A stretch of DNA of 16,359 nt from assembly GCA_038877255.1 (NCBI GenBank), contig JAVYWZ010000017.1, positions 1 to 16,359 of the forward strand. The letters run 5' to 3'. Both the position numbers and the translations under genes were made by a program. The notes under the pieces were generated by a model. It was not told the DNA's origin, did no database searches, and saw only the letters and a program-made list of their open reading frames with translations. Within the stretch, counting starts at the first letter, position 1; each line of letters begins with the position of its first letter. Shown here in pieces: positions 6,915 to 16,068 of this stretch. The stretch is from Candidatus Micrarchaeaceae archaeon. GTDB taxonomy: Archaea; Micrarchaeota; Micrarchaeia; Micrarchaeales; CABMGC01.

Positions 6915-8978
6915 TTGGAAGCAGTAGCAGCAAAAGAGTTCAGCGACAAATTCCTCGAATTTTATAATACATATTATTCTGAACAGATAAACGCGCTTTT
7001 CTTAAGCTACCCGAAGAGAAGGTCGCTGAACGTGAGCTTGACTGATTTGGAGAGATTTGACCACGAGCTTGCAGAAGAGCTGATAATTAATCCAGACAAC
7101 GTTCTGCCTGCGGCAAACGCAGCTTTTGCAAAGCTGAATCCAAAGCCTAACGCAACAAAGCCAGTACATGCAAGATTCTTCAACCCTGACCTTTCAAACG
7201 CACCGCTTCTGCAAGACATAGGCAGCGATCAGATAGGCAAGCTTCTCACAATAGATTCGCTAGTAATAAAGAGATCAGAGATAATGCCAAAAGTGCACAT
7301 GGGTGTGTTTAAATGCAGCGTCTGCGGCACAGTTGTCAAGCTTGACATAGAGCACGAAGAAGTGCCTGACGTATGCCCGCAGTGCAAGCACAAGTCGCTC
7401 AAGCAGGTAACAGAGGAATCAGAGTTCATTGATTTGCAGAGGCTTGAGGTGCAGGACCCTCTGGAGAGACTAAAAGGCAGCATACCCAACTGGCACATGG
7501 AAATCTGGCTGCAAGACGACATTGTAAACACAGTTTTGCCAGGCGACCGCGCAGACATCGTCGGCATATTGAGGATACGCCCAAGGGTTACGAGCAGAGG
7601 CAAGCAGGAAAAGTCGATTTTCACTATGTTCCTTGATGCAGTATCAATAAGACCAAAGCAGAAGGAGTTTGCAGAGCTTGAGATAACGCAAGAAGAGGAG
7701 AACAAAATAGTTGAGCTTTCAAAGGACCCGATGATCTTCGACAAGCTTGCGAAGTCGATAGCGCCTTCTATATATGGCTATGATGAGATAAAGAAAGCGA
7801 TTGTGTTGCAGCTCTTCGGCGGAACGCCCAACAAGCGACTTGTTGATGGCGGGCTGATAAGGAGCGATGTGCACATACTATTGATAGGGGATCCTGGCAC
7901 GGCAAAGACAAGACTTCTGCAATCAGTAACTACCATAGTGCCTAAGGGCATATACGTGAGCGGCAAGTCAGTAAGTTCAGCGGGGCTTACGGCAACTGCT
8001 GAGAGAGATGAATTTTCTGAAGGCGGTTGGACTCTCAAGGCAGGCGCTCTCGTTCTTGGCTCAGGAGGCACTGTATGCATAGACGAATTTGACAAGATAA
8101 GCGATGAAGACAAGGCAGGCCTTCTAGAGGCAATGGAATCGCAGACCATAAGCGTGGCCAAGGCAGGCATAGTCGCAACGTTCAACGCCAAAACAGCAAT
8201 TCTTGCAAGCGCAAACCCTAAGTATGGCAGGTTCGACAGAAATGCTTACCCTTCTGAACAGTTTGATATACCGCCAGCGCTCCTTTCAAGATTTGACCTC
8301 ATATTTCCAATAACAGATATAATGGATGAGACGCTTGACATGAGCATAGCAAAGCACATACTAATCCAACACGAAGCGGCAGGGGCGCAGCTCGCAGCTG
8401 TAGAGGGATATGAGCAGGTCGAGTTGCCTCCGATAGACGCGGATCTACTAAGAAAGTATGTAGCATACGCCAGGAAAAATGTTATGCCAAGGCTTACCAA
8501 GGAGGCAAGCGATAGAATAGCAGAGTATTATACCGACTTAAGGAAGCTGGGCATGAAGCAGGGCGCAACGCCAATAACGCCAAGGCAAATAGAAGGGCTT
8601 GTTAGGCTTGCAGAGGCAAGTGCAAAATCAAAGCTGTCAAATGCAGTAGAGCTCAAAGACGCTGAAATCGCTATCTCACTCGTAGACTATATGTTAAATA
8701 CGCTCGCCGTTGACAGGAGCGGCAGGCGCGACATAGACATTTTGCAAACAGGGATGCCAAAGGAAAAGGTTGACAAGATAAACTCAATAATGGGCATAAT
8801 AAAGGCGCTTGAAGAGAAAGAAAACAGCGCAAAAGTCGCAAGCGTTCTTGAAGAGGCAGAAAAGGCAGGCATAGACAGGCAGACCGCTGTAAAGTACATA
8901 GACGAGCTCGAACGGAGCGGCGACATATACATGCCGAAACCAGGAATTCTAAAAACAGTAAGGCACGAGTCAGAGTGA
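6915..8978 (+). CDS. mcm: Replicative helicase MCM
   Basis: C4 zinc finger (CSVC...CPQC), Walker A GDPGTAKT, Walker B IDEFDK, MESQTISVAKAGI, arginine finger SRFD and a C-terminal wHTH. No intein. Confidence 0.97.
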   Translation: MEAVAAKEFSDKFLEFYNTYYSEQINALFLSYPKRRSLNVSLTDLERFDHELAEELIINPDNVLPAANAAFAKLNPKPNATKPVHARFFNPDLSNAPLLQDIGSDQIGKLLTIDSLVIKRSEIMPKVHMGVFKCSVCGTVVKLDIEHEEVPDVCPQCKHKSLKQVTEESEFIDLQRLEVQDPLERLKGSIPNWHMEIWLQDDIVNTVLPGDRADIVGILRIRPRVTSRGKQEKSIFTMFLDAVSIRPKQKEFAELEITQEEENKIVELSKDPMIFDKLAKSIAPSIYGYDEIKKAIVLQLFGGTPNKRLVDGGLIRSDVHILLIGDPGTAKTRLLQSVTTIVPKGIYVSGKSVSSAGLTATAERDEFSEGGWTLKAGALVLGSGGTVCIDEFDKISDEDKAGLLEAMESQTISVAKAGIVATFNAKTAILASANPKYGRFDRNAYPSEQFDIPPALLSRFDLIFPITDIMDETLDMSIAKHILIQHEAAGAQLAAVEGYEQVELPPIDADLLRKYVAYARKNVMPRLTKEASDRIAEYYTDLRKLGMKQGATPITPRQIEGLVRLAEASAKSKLSNAVELKDAEIAISLVDYMLNTLAVDRSGRRDIDILQTGMPKEKVDKINSIMGIIKALEEKENSAKVASVLEEAEKAGIDRQTAVKYIDELERSGDIYMPKPGILKTVRHESE

Positions 8979-9061
8979 CATACGCTCCCAACCGAAGGTT
9001 AGGAACTCCAATCAGATGATTTTCCAGCTCACTTTTACAATAAGCAATAAATACATCATAT

Positions 9062-9105
9062 GCTAAAAGCTAAGTTAAGCTAAGCTAAGCCAAGCTAAAC
9101 GCTAA
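9062..9105. repeat. GCTAA pentanucleotide tandem repeat
   Basis: GCTAA-GTTAA-GCTAA-GCTAA-GCCAA-GCTAA at 9069-9098, plus single GCTAA copies at 9062 and 9101. Confidence 0.8.
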
Positions 9106-9122
9106 ATTTGTTAGGTGCTTCT

Positions 9123-10202
9123 TTGCAAGAAAGACGAATAGAGTACAGGCAACTTGTCTACATTCTTGTCTTATTCATTCTTGTCCAGCTTGCAGGACTG
9201 CTTGTAGTGTTTTATTTCATACCGCCGGGCCAGATTTACTCGGCGATAAGCCAAGTACCTAGTACAAGCGCAGTGGCAGGGCTTGAGCAGGTGCTTGAAT
9301 TTATAATATACATAGTGTTCGGAACAATAATACTTTTGTTAATCTTTCGCTTTTACCATGGCATAAAAATTTATGCAATAATAGAAGGCATAGTAGTTGT
9401 ATCTGCATCCTTCTACTTGTTTGCAATAATTCTCGGGAGCATATTCGCGAGCCAGGCAGATACATATTATGTCATCGCAGTATCACTTGCTGTGCCGGTG
9501 CTTCTGCTATTTGCAAAGCATAAGAAGCCGTGGCTCAGAAACGAGCTTGCAATCATCGCAAGCATAGGGGCAGGTGTAGTGCTTGGCCTTGTCTTTCCTT
9601 TTGCAATTGCGTTTGTGTTCATGCTTGCAATAGCAGCATACGATTACATAGCGGTATTCATCACTAAGCACATGCTTGCACTTGGCAGACAGGCCATGGA
9701 TCAGAACATGGCGTTGCTAATAAGCTCATCTGATGTCGAGCTTGTGCCAAAGGAATATTTAAGTAAGAAATCATTAGAGTCGTTTAGAAAAAGCTTCAAG
9801 GTCTCAAGCATACATAACAGGCAATTAAGGAATATAGTAAAACAGGGAGCAGTGCCGATTCCGACTCAGGCTGCTTTGGGCACAGGGGATCTTGCAGTGC
9901 CTCTCATGCTTGCGGTAAGCGCGTATACTGCTTATGCAAATTACTTCATGGCAAGCGTTATTGTCGCTGGCGCTACGCTTGGGCTTGTCTTCACCATGTA
10001 CATACTAAAGAATTACAAGATAGCGCTGCCTGCAATACCGCCGTTGTTCTCGTTCGTGAGTATGGTGCTCGGAGCGGCATACGCAATAAAAGGGGCGTAT
10101 GTGCTTGCTCTTGCTCTGTTTGTGCTTGGAGTTGTGATAATAGCCCTAATGCTCTATACGGTAAGAAAAGTGGCAGGACAGTCAGGCAGGAGCGTCTTTT
10201 AG
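9123..10202 (+). CDS. Presenilin / signal peptide peptidase-like intramembrane aspartyl protease (A22)
   Basis: Catalytic YD (AAYDYIAVF), GxGD (LGTGD) and PAL-like LPAIPPL motifs, with multiple TM helices. AGGTG SD at 9113-9117 favours TTG 9123. Confidence 0.92.
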   Translation: MQERRIEYRQLVYILVLFILVQLAGLLVVFYFIPPGQIYSAISQVPSTSAVAGLEQVLEFIIYIVFGTIILLLIFRFYHGIKIYAIIEGIVVVSASFYLFAIILGSIFASQADTYYVIAVSLAVPVLLLFAKHKKPWLRNELAIIASIGAGVVLGLVFPFAIAFVFMLAIAAYDYIAVFITKHMLALGRQAMDQNMALLISSSDVELVPKEYLSKKSLESFRKSFKVSSIHNRQLRNIVKQGAVPIPTQAALGTGDLAVPLMLAVSAYTAYANYFMASVIVAGATLGLVFTMYILKNYKIALPAIPPLFSFVSMVLGAAYAIKGAYVLALALFVLGVVIIALMLYTVRKVAGQSGRSVF

Positions 10203-10234
10203 TAATGCTTTTATTATTTGCGCAGCAGCATGAA

Positions 10235-11332
10235 TTAGAAAAACCCAAATTTTTTGTCTTTGCTCTCGCGCGAGCGCCTGAATTCGTCGAGAAGTTTTCT
10301 CTCAGAAGCCGATAGGGTCTTGGGTATTTCTATGTTTACTGTAATTATTTCGTCTCCTTTGGTATGCCTATTAAAGGATTTTATGCCTTCTCCAGCAAGC
10401 CTTATTTTTGTGTTTTGTTGAGTTCCTGGCGCTATGCTTATCTCTTTGTTACCGTTAAGTGTAGGCACGACCACATTGCCGCCAAGTGCCGCTATGTAAA
10501 ATGGAATCATTATTGAAACAAGCACATCATCTCCAGACCTTTGGAATATCTTGTGATGCTGAATATGTATTTCAAGATAAAGATCGCCAGATCCGGCTTT
10601 TGAGTAGTCACCCATGTGGGCCAGCCTAAGTCTCATGCCATCTTGCACCCCTGCCGGTATGTCTACTTTGATTTTGTCCACGCCAACTATGCCGCCCTTG
10701 CCATGGCACAAACTGCATTTCTTTTCAGGAACCTTGCCTGTGCCTCCGCATGTGGGGCATATACTCATGGTTTGCATACGGGTGAAAAACGTATTACGCG
10801 TGGTAACAATTCTGCCACTGCCGCCGCAGGTGGGGCATGTAATATAATTATAGCCGGGCTCTATGCCAGTACCATTGCATCTGCTGCATTTTTTTACGTG
10901 CTTTACCTCTATTTCCTTGCTTACGCCTTGAGCCACTTCTTCAAAAGTCAGGTTTACTGAATAAAGTATGTCCCCGCCTCTTTGCTCTTCATTATGTACA
11001 TCAAAACCAAAGAGGTCTCCAAATCCTGGAAAATCGCTGAAGTCTATGCCAAGATCCCTGAAGACGCTGCTAATGTCAAAGCCTCTGAAGATGTCATCGG
11101 GCGAGAACTGCTGGCTGAATTGTTCGGATCCGAGCATATCATACTGCCTGCGCTTGTTCTCATCGCTCAGCACAGCGTATGCCTCGTTTATCTCGCGCAT
11201 CTTTGCCTCTGCTTCAGGGCTCTTGTTTAAATCAGGATGGTATTTCATTACTAGGTTTCTATACGCTTTTTTTATCTCGTCTTGCGTTGCTGAACGCTTT
11301 ACGCCAAGAATGTCGTAATAGTCGCCAGTCAT
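10235..11332 (-). CDS. dnaJ: Class A J-domain co-chaperone DnaJ
   Basis: J domain with HPD, G/F-rich linker, four CxxCxGxG repeats and C-terminal substrate domains. Confidence 0.97.
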   Translation of the reverse strand: MTGDYYDILGVKRSATQDEIKKAYRNLVMKYHPDLNKSPEAEAKMREINEAYAVLSDENKRRQYDMLGSEQFSQQFSPDDIFRGFDISSVFRDLGIDFSDFPGFGDLFGFDVHNEEQRGGDILYSVNLTFEEVAQGVSKEIEVKHVKKCSRCNGTGIEPGYNYITCPTCGGSGRIVTTRNTFFTRMQTMSICPTCGGTGKVPEKKCSLCHGKGGIVGVDKIKVDIPAGVQDGMRLRLAHMGDYSKAGSGDLYLEIHIQHHKIFQRSGDDVLVSIMIPFYIAALGGNVVVPTLNGNKEISIAPGTQQNTKIRLAGEGIKSFNRHTKGDEIITVNIEIPKTLSASERKLLDEFRRSRESKDKKFGFF

Positions 11333-11387
11333 TGTTCCTTACCTTTCAATTACCTTGCATTCCACTCCTGTTTTCATTTTGTTTTCT

Positions 11388-13265
11388 TTACTTTTCTACT
11401 TTGAAATTCACATCTGATGTACTGCTGCCCTGCCCGTAATCGCCTTGACTGCCACCGCTAGTGCTGCTTGAGTTGCCTTCTTGACCGGAATCAGAGTTTG
11501 CACCTCCTTGCCCAGAACCTTGGCCATACATGCTCGCGCCTATATCTTGTGCCACATGCCTTAGCACTTCGGTTTTGTCTTTTATGTCGCTGATGTTGTT
11601 GCCTTCCAACGCTTCTTCTAGATCATGCATTGCAGCAGTAACCTTTTCTACAACTTCCTTTGATATTTTGTCCTTGTACTCTTTCAAAGACCTATTGGTA
11701 GAGTAGAGCAAAGATTCTGCGTCGTTCCTTGCTTCTATCGCTTCAAGCTCAGCCTTATCCTGTGCCGTGTACTGTTCTGCATCTTTTATTTTCTTATCTA
11801 TTTCTTCCCTTGACATCTTGTTTGGCGCAATTACCTGCATGCCCTGCTCTTTGCCTGTTGCCTTGTCTTTGGCATTGACATGAAGTATGCCGTTAGCATC
11901 GATATCAAAAGTAACCTCTATCTGCGGAACGCCGCGCGGTGCAGGCGGTATACCTGTAAGTGTAAATGTACCTAGAAGCACGTTATCTTTGGCCAAAGGC
12001 CTTTCGCCCTGAAGTATGCGTATATCAACTGCTGTTTGGTTGTCTTCTGCAGTGGTGAAGATCTGCGATTTGCGTATAGGTACTGTGGTGTTTCTTGGCA
12101 GTAGCACAGTCATTACGCCTCCAAGTGTTTCAATCCCTAGGGAGAGCGGGGTTACGTCAAGAAGCACTATATCTTTTACTTCGCCGGTAAGTACGCCTGC
12201 CTGTATTGCTGCGCCAAATGCCACTGCTTCCATGGGATCAACGCCGCGCTCTATCTTTTTGCCGAGCTGCTGTTCTACGAAACGTTGCACTAGCGGCATG
12301 CGTGTAGGACCACCGACAAGTATTACTTTATCTATGTCTTTTGGCTCAAGCTTCGCATCCTTCAGCGCCAGCATCATTGGTATTTTAGTCTTCTCCACGA
12401 TTGGCAGTACCATTTCCTCTAGTTTTGCTCTTGTAATGTCGTATACAAAGTTTATTGGCTTGTTATCCTTGCCCATTGCAAGGAAAGGCAGGTTTATCTG
12501 CGTGGCAAGCGTGTTGCTCAGCTCTATCTTTGCGCGTTCTGACGCCTCGCGGAGTCTCTGCATTGCTTGCGGATCCTTGCTTATGTCTACTCCAAACTGC
12601 TTGCTTATTTCCTTTTGCAAAAAGCCCATTATAGCTAAATCCATGTCCGTACCGCCTAGCTGAGTGTCGCCGCTTGTAGATTTTACTTCAAATACGCCGC
12701 CGCCGAATTCCATTATAGTAACATCAAGTGTGCCTCCGCCGAAGTCATAAACCAGGATCTTCTGCCCTGTCTGGGCTTTGTCAATGCCATATGCGAGGCA
12801 TGCAGCAGTAGGCTCGTTAACAAGCCGTATAACTTCAAGACCTGCTATTTCAGCAGCATCTTTTGTAGCTTGTCTCTGATTGTCGTTGAAGTAGGCAGGC
12901 ACTGTGATTACTGCTTGTTTTACTTCTTCTCCAAGAAATGCCTCAGAGTCTTTCTTTATCTTCTGCAGCAATATAGCAGATAGCTCTTGTGGCCTATACT
13001 CCTTGCCATATATTTTGTACTTGTAATCAGTACCCATTTTTCTCTTGAAAGCAGTAACTGTGCCTTCGGGGTTTGCAATTGCCTGACGGTGTGCCGGTTC
13101 GCCAACAAGCACTTGGCCTTCTTTGGTAAATGCAACAAAGCTAGGAAAAGCCTTTCCGTAGAGAGTCGCGCCTTCGGCACTTGGTATTAGCACAGGCCTA
13201 CCTCCTTGTAGCACTGCTGCTGCTGAATTTGATGTTCCCAAATCTATGCCTATTATCTTTGACAT
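11388..13265 (-). CDS. dnaK: Hsp70 chaperone DnaK
   Basis: [37 protein letters not shown] and [12 protein letters not shown]. Has the short N-terminal form (lacking the ~24-aa insert) typical of archaeal/Gram-positive DnaK. AAGGTGAG SD before ATG 13265. Confidence 0.98.
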   Translation of the reverse strand: MSKIIGIDLGTSNSAAAVLQGGRPVLIPSAEGATLYGKAFPSFVAFTKEGQVLVGEPAHRQAIANPEGTVTAFKRKMGTDYKYKIYGKEYRPQELSAILLQKIKKDSEAFLGEEVKQAVITVPAYFNDNQRQATKDAAEIAGLEVIRLVNEPTAACLAYGIDKAQTGQKILVYDFGGGTLDVTIMEFGGGVFEVKSTSGDTQLGGTDMDLAIMGFLQKEISKQFGVDISKDPQAMQRLREASERAKIELSNTLATQINLPFLAMGKDNKPINFVYDITRAKLEEMVLPIVEKTKIPMMLALKDAKLEPKDIDKVILVGGPTRMPLVQRFVEQQLGKKIERGVDPMEAVAFGAAIQAGVLTGEVKDIVLLDVTPLSLGIETLGGVMTVLLPRNTTVPIRKSQIFTTAEDNQTAVDIRILQGERPLAKDNVLLGTFTLTGIPPAPRGVPQIEVTFDIDANGILHVNAKDKATGKEQGMQVIAPNKMSREEIDKKIKDAEQYTAQDKAELEAIEARNDAESLLYSTNRSLKEYKDKISKEVVEKVTAAMHDLEEALEGNNISDIKDKTEVLRHVAQDIGASMYGQGSGQGGANSDSGQEGNSSSTSGGSQGDYGQGSSTSDVNFKVEK

Positions 13266-13285
13266 ATTTCTCACCTTAGCATGAT

Positions 13286-13876
13286 TCATGGCTTTTTGCC
13301 ATTTGACACTATGACACTTGCAGGCCTTATGAGTATGCTGTTAAATGTATAGCCTTTCCTTACTACTTCAAGCACGCTGCCTTCTTCTTTCTCGCTCGGC
13401 TTTGTAAGAACGGCCTCTTGCGTATATGGATCAAACTTGCTCTTGATGTTTACTTCTTGTAGGCCTTCACTCTTCAGCGTTTCATAAAGGTCTGTGAACA
13501 CGAGTCCAAATCCTTTGTTAAGCTCATCTTGATTGTTATTCATTGAGTAAAGTGCTATCTCGAAGGCGTCTATAGCAGGCAAAAGTTTAGCTATGAGCTC
13601 GGCCTTGCCGAGGTCTTTGGCATGCTGAATATCATTGGCTGCTTTCTTCTTGTAGTTGTCGAATTCTGCTGCGAACCTCAGAAGCCTATCCTTCAATTCA
13701 GCAACTTCGTTGTTTTGCACATTCTCTTGTTGCTTCTGCTGTTGCTGCTGTTTCTGTTGCTTCTGCTGCTCTGCCGCTTTTGCTTCGGCCTCTGCCTCTG
13801 CCTGTGGCTGCTGAACACGCTTGTCGTTGTCTTTTTGTTTATCCTTTTCAGTATTGTTGTTATTCTCTCCTGCCAT
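13286..13876 (-). CDS. grpE: Nucleotide exchange factor GrpE with Q/E-rich N-terminus
   Basis: [20 protein letters not shown] and KGY...IRPASVIV. The start is likely ATG 13876 (MAGEN). Confidence 0.95.
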   Translation of the reverse strand: MAGENNNNTEKDKQKDNDKRVQQPQAEAEAEAKAAEQQKQQKQQQQQKQQENVQNNEVAELKDRLLRFAAEFDNYKKKAANDIQHAKDLGKAELIAKLLPAIDAFEIALYSMNNNQDELNKGFGLVFTDLYETLKSEGLQEVNIKSKFDPYTQEAVLTKPSEKEEGSVLEVVRKGYTFNSILIRPASVIVSNGKKP

Positions 13877-14273
13877 AAATCTCACTCTCCATCATCTCAT
13901 CAAACTTTGAAGCAAGCTTCATAAGCCTATTGAACTCGGCAAGCGTCTCTGCTTGAAGTTCCTCTAGCGTTTCTTCGAGGCTCGCACCTCTCATGAAGTA
14001 TTGCCTGCCGCGCCTTATCACCAAACCTGCATTGATAAAATAGTTTAGTCTGTATATCACTGTGCTTCTTGGAATTTTGAGCTCCTTGCTTAATGCCTTA
14101 CTTGTAAGGCCTTTTCCTGCAGCGGTGCTCTCTGCAATTTTCCTCAGCGTTGCAGACTCTGCTTCTGATCTGCCAGATATGCTAAGTGCATCGCACAATG
14201 CGTTCACTATCTCTTCAGGCTCCTCTATGTGAGTCTTACGCACCTTCTTCAGAAGTACAGGTCTTGATAACAT
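13860..14273 (-). CDS. Winged helix-turn-helix transcriptional regulator, first gene of the grpE-dnaK-dnaJ operon
   Basis: HTH GLTSKALSKELKIPRSTVIYRLNYFINAGLV, wing RRGRQY and a C-terminal helical/coiled-coil segment. The stop overlaps the grpE start. Confidence 0.85.
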   Translation of the reverse strand: MLSRPVLLKKVRKTHIEEPEEIVNALCDALSISGRSEAESATLRKIAESTAAGKGLTSKALSKELKIPRSTVIYRLNYFINAGLVIRRGRQYFMRGASLEETLEELQAETLAEFNRLMKLASKFDEMMESEIYGRRE

Positions 14274-14296
14274 ATTTTATATTATTTTTAAACAGA

Positions 14297-14350
14297 TATA
14301 TAAATATTTGCTTTTTTACAATAAAAAAGAGAAATTTGCAATATATATTG
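14297..14350 (-). promoter_or_regulatory. Leaderless promoter of the chaperone operon with two adjacent palindromes
   Basis: TTTATATA on the minus strand at 14297-14304, 24-31 nt above ATG 14273. CTTTTTTA-CAA-TAAAAAAG at 14311-14329. CAATATATATTG at 14339-14350. Confidence 0.55.
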
Positions 14351-14433
14351 TAAGAAATTAAAAAATACTCCAAAGATGACTGCAACTGCAGCCTGCATTA
14401 TCATTATATTTATTATTTTGCTTATGCAAATAT

Positions 14434-15276
14434 ATGCTCATGCACGTGCACTATGCTTCTGTGCTTGCGCTTACGCTTATCGCCTCATTGGCCCTCTTAA
14501 GCGCTTCAAACGCAATGTATCTGCAGATTACTGAGCCAATACAGGCAACGCTTCACCAGAACAGCAGCATATACATAGGGAAAGTTGGCCCTGGCGAAAG
14601 CTTTTACATAGAAGCTTCGGCGACAACTACAAATTCAAGCGGAGTGCCTGTAAACATAGGCTGGGATACGCTCGAGACTGTTTCCTTGCCAAGCGGCTGG
14701 TCATCGCAGGCATCACCACTCTACGAAAACCCTATGAAATTGAAAGTAACTGTTGCTCCTTATGCCGCTAATGGCACCTATGCAATGAAGATAAAGGCAA
14801 TTAATGTGCAGAATTATTCAAAGCTTGGCAACCTTACAATAACTGCAATTGTCAACGTTACGCCTGACGTTTTCGGACTGAATGTAACGCCATTGGTGCT
14901 CAGGAGCGGGATAGGCCAGCCGGCCAATTTGCATGTTCTTATAAACAACACCGGCGCTTCTGACGATCCTTTTATAGTATCGTCAAGTGGCTTGCCTGCA
15001 TTCAATCTCAGCTATGAAGTAATAGCAATAAAGGGCAAGCCTATTTTGACAACATACCCAGTATATGAAAATGAGCCTGGCACATACCAGTTTACAGTAT
15101 CGGTTGTTTCGGCCACAAGCCCGCTTGTACATAGGTCTTTCAAAGCGGAGCTCATAGTGAATTCAAGCGTTGCCAACGACTATTCAGCAGTAGGGCGGGG
15201 ACTCATAGTCGAGCCCATAATCTACGAGCCTGCGTATGCGCTAATGCTGCTGATCGACAAGCTTTCAAAGATTTGA
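14434..15276 (+). CDS. Secreted/cell-surface protein, probably with Ig-like beta-sandwich domains
   Basis: Hydrophobic signal peptide ending ASNA. Beta-rich T/S/N/V composition with LPSGW, VAPYAANGTY, INNTG and PGTYQFTV motifs. Ten N-x-S/T sequons and a hydrophobic C-terminal helix. Confidence 0.75.
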   Translation: MLMHVHYASVLALTLIASLALLSASNAMYLQITEPIQATLHQNSSIYIGKVGPGESFYIEASATTTNSSGVPVNIGWDTLETVSLPSGWSSQASPLYENPMKLKVTVAPYAANGTYAMKIKAINVQNYSKLGNLTITAIVNVTPDVFGLNVTPLVLRSGIGQPANLHVLINNTGASDDPFIVSSSGLPAFNLSYEVIAIKGKPILTTYPVYENEPGTYQFTVSVVSATSPLVHRSFKAELIVNSSVANDYSAVGRGLIVEPIIYEPAYALMLLIDKLSKI

Positions 15277-15281
15277 TTGCA

Positions 15282-15965
15282 ATGGCTGTTTCGCAAGGCA
15301 TAAAAATTTTATTTGTAAGAGCAGCCTCGTTAGGCAATCTCTGCAGGTTTGTCTGCTCGTTTCAGAATAACGACGTACTTTTTTCAACAAACGTAAAAGG
15401 AAAGCCTGCTATCGCAGCGCTTGGCGAACAAATAAACAAGGTGCAGCTAGTATATTATGTCAACACTGACAAGCATGGAAAGTTTATAAATTATGAAATA
15501 TTGCAGCAAGATGCTGGGGAGCGGGCTGAGCTTAGCAACACCGCAGAGTTTATTCCGCAGTCAGCCAACAGATGCAGCATAAATGTAATACATGCAGACT
15601 TTGCAAAGCTAGAGGCAAAGGCACAAAAGAAAACAAAAGTAACAAGCATAAGGCTTGACTCACTGCTTGATCTCGCAAAAGCGGCAATCAGGCATTCAAC
15701 AAACGATGAGGTTTTGCCACATGTTTATTCTTTTGGCTCCGGCTCTGAATGGGTTTTTGGTGCGTTCGACCTGCTTGACGAGCTCAGCGATGACAATCCT
15801 ATCTTTTATTACACTACGGCGCGCTACGACGCTGGAAAGGCGTTCATAGTATATAACTACAAAGATGACTCTATAACATTTTCAAATTATAATGACGAAC
15901 ATGCTTATTTTTACATAAAGATTGTAAGGCTCGCTGAACCTATTCCTTATGTGGAATGCGCCTGA
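15282..15965 (+). CDS. Hypothetical protein with apparent internal duplication
   Basis: Long ORF with host-like codon usage starting 5 nt after the upstream stop. Both halves share (F/S)xR..SL..L.(R/K), (V/F)YY and FI.Y patterns. Confidence 0.75.
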   Translation: MAVSQGIKILFVRAASLGNLCRFVCSFQNNDVLFSTNVKGKPAIAALGEQINKVQLVYYVNTDKHGKFINYEILQQDAGERAELSNTAEFIPQSANRCSINVIHADFAKLEAKAQKKTKVTSIRLDSLLDLAKAAIRHSTNDEVLPHVYSFGSGSEWVFGAFDLLDELSDDNPIFYYTTARYDAGKAFIVYNYKDDSITFSNYNDEHAYFYIKIVRLAEPIPYVECA

Positions 15966-16068
15966 AAGGCTTGCCTTGCACGCTGCATTTGCATGCTAGA
16001 AGCAGTTCGCAGAGCAAAGCACTCTACGTAAACACCCAGCTCTTACAGACTTGCTTCAGCTAGCTGAT

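Noticed and set aside
16056..16067. Perfect 12-bp palindrome TCAGCTAGCTGA just after the gdhA stop
   Set aside because: A single short palindrome with no loop or U-tract, plausible by chance.
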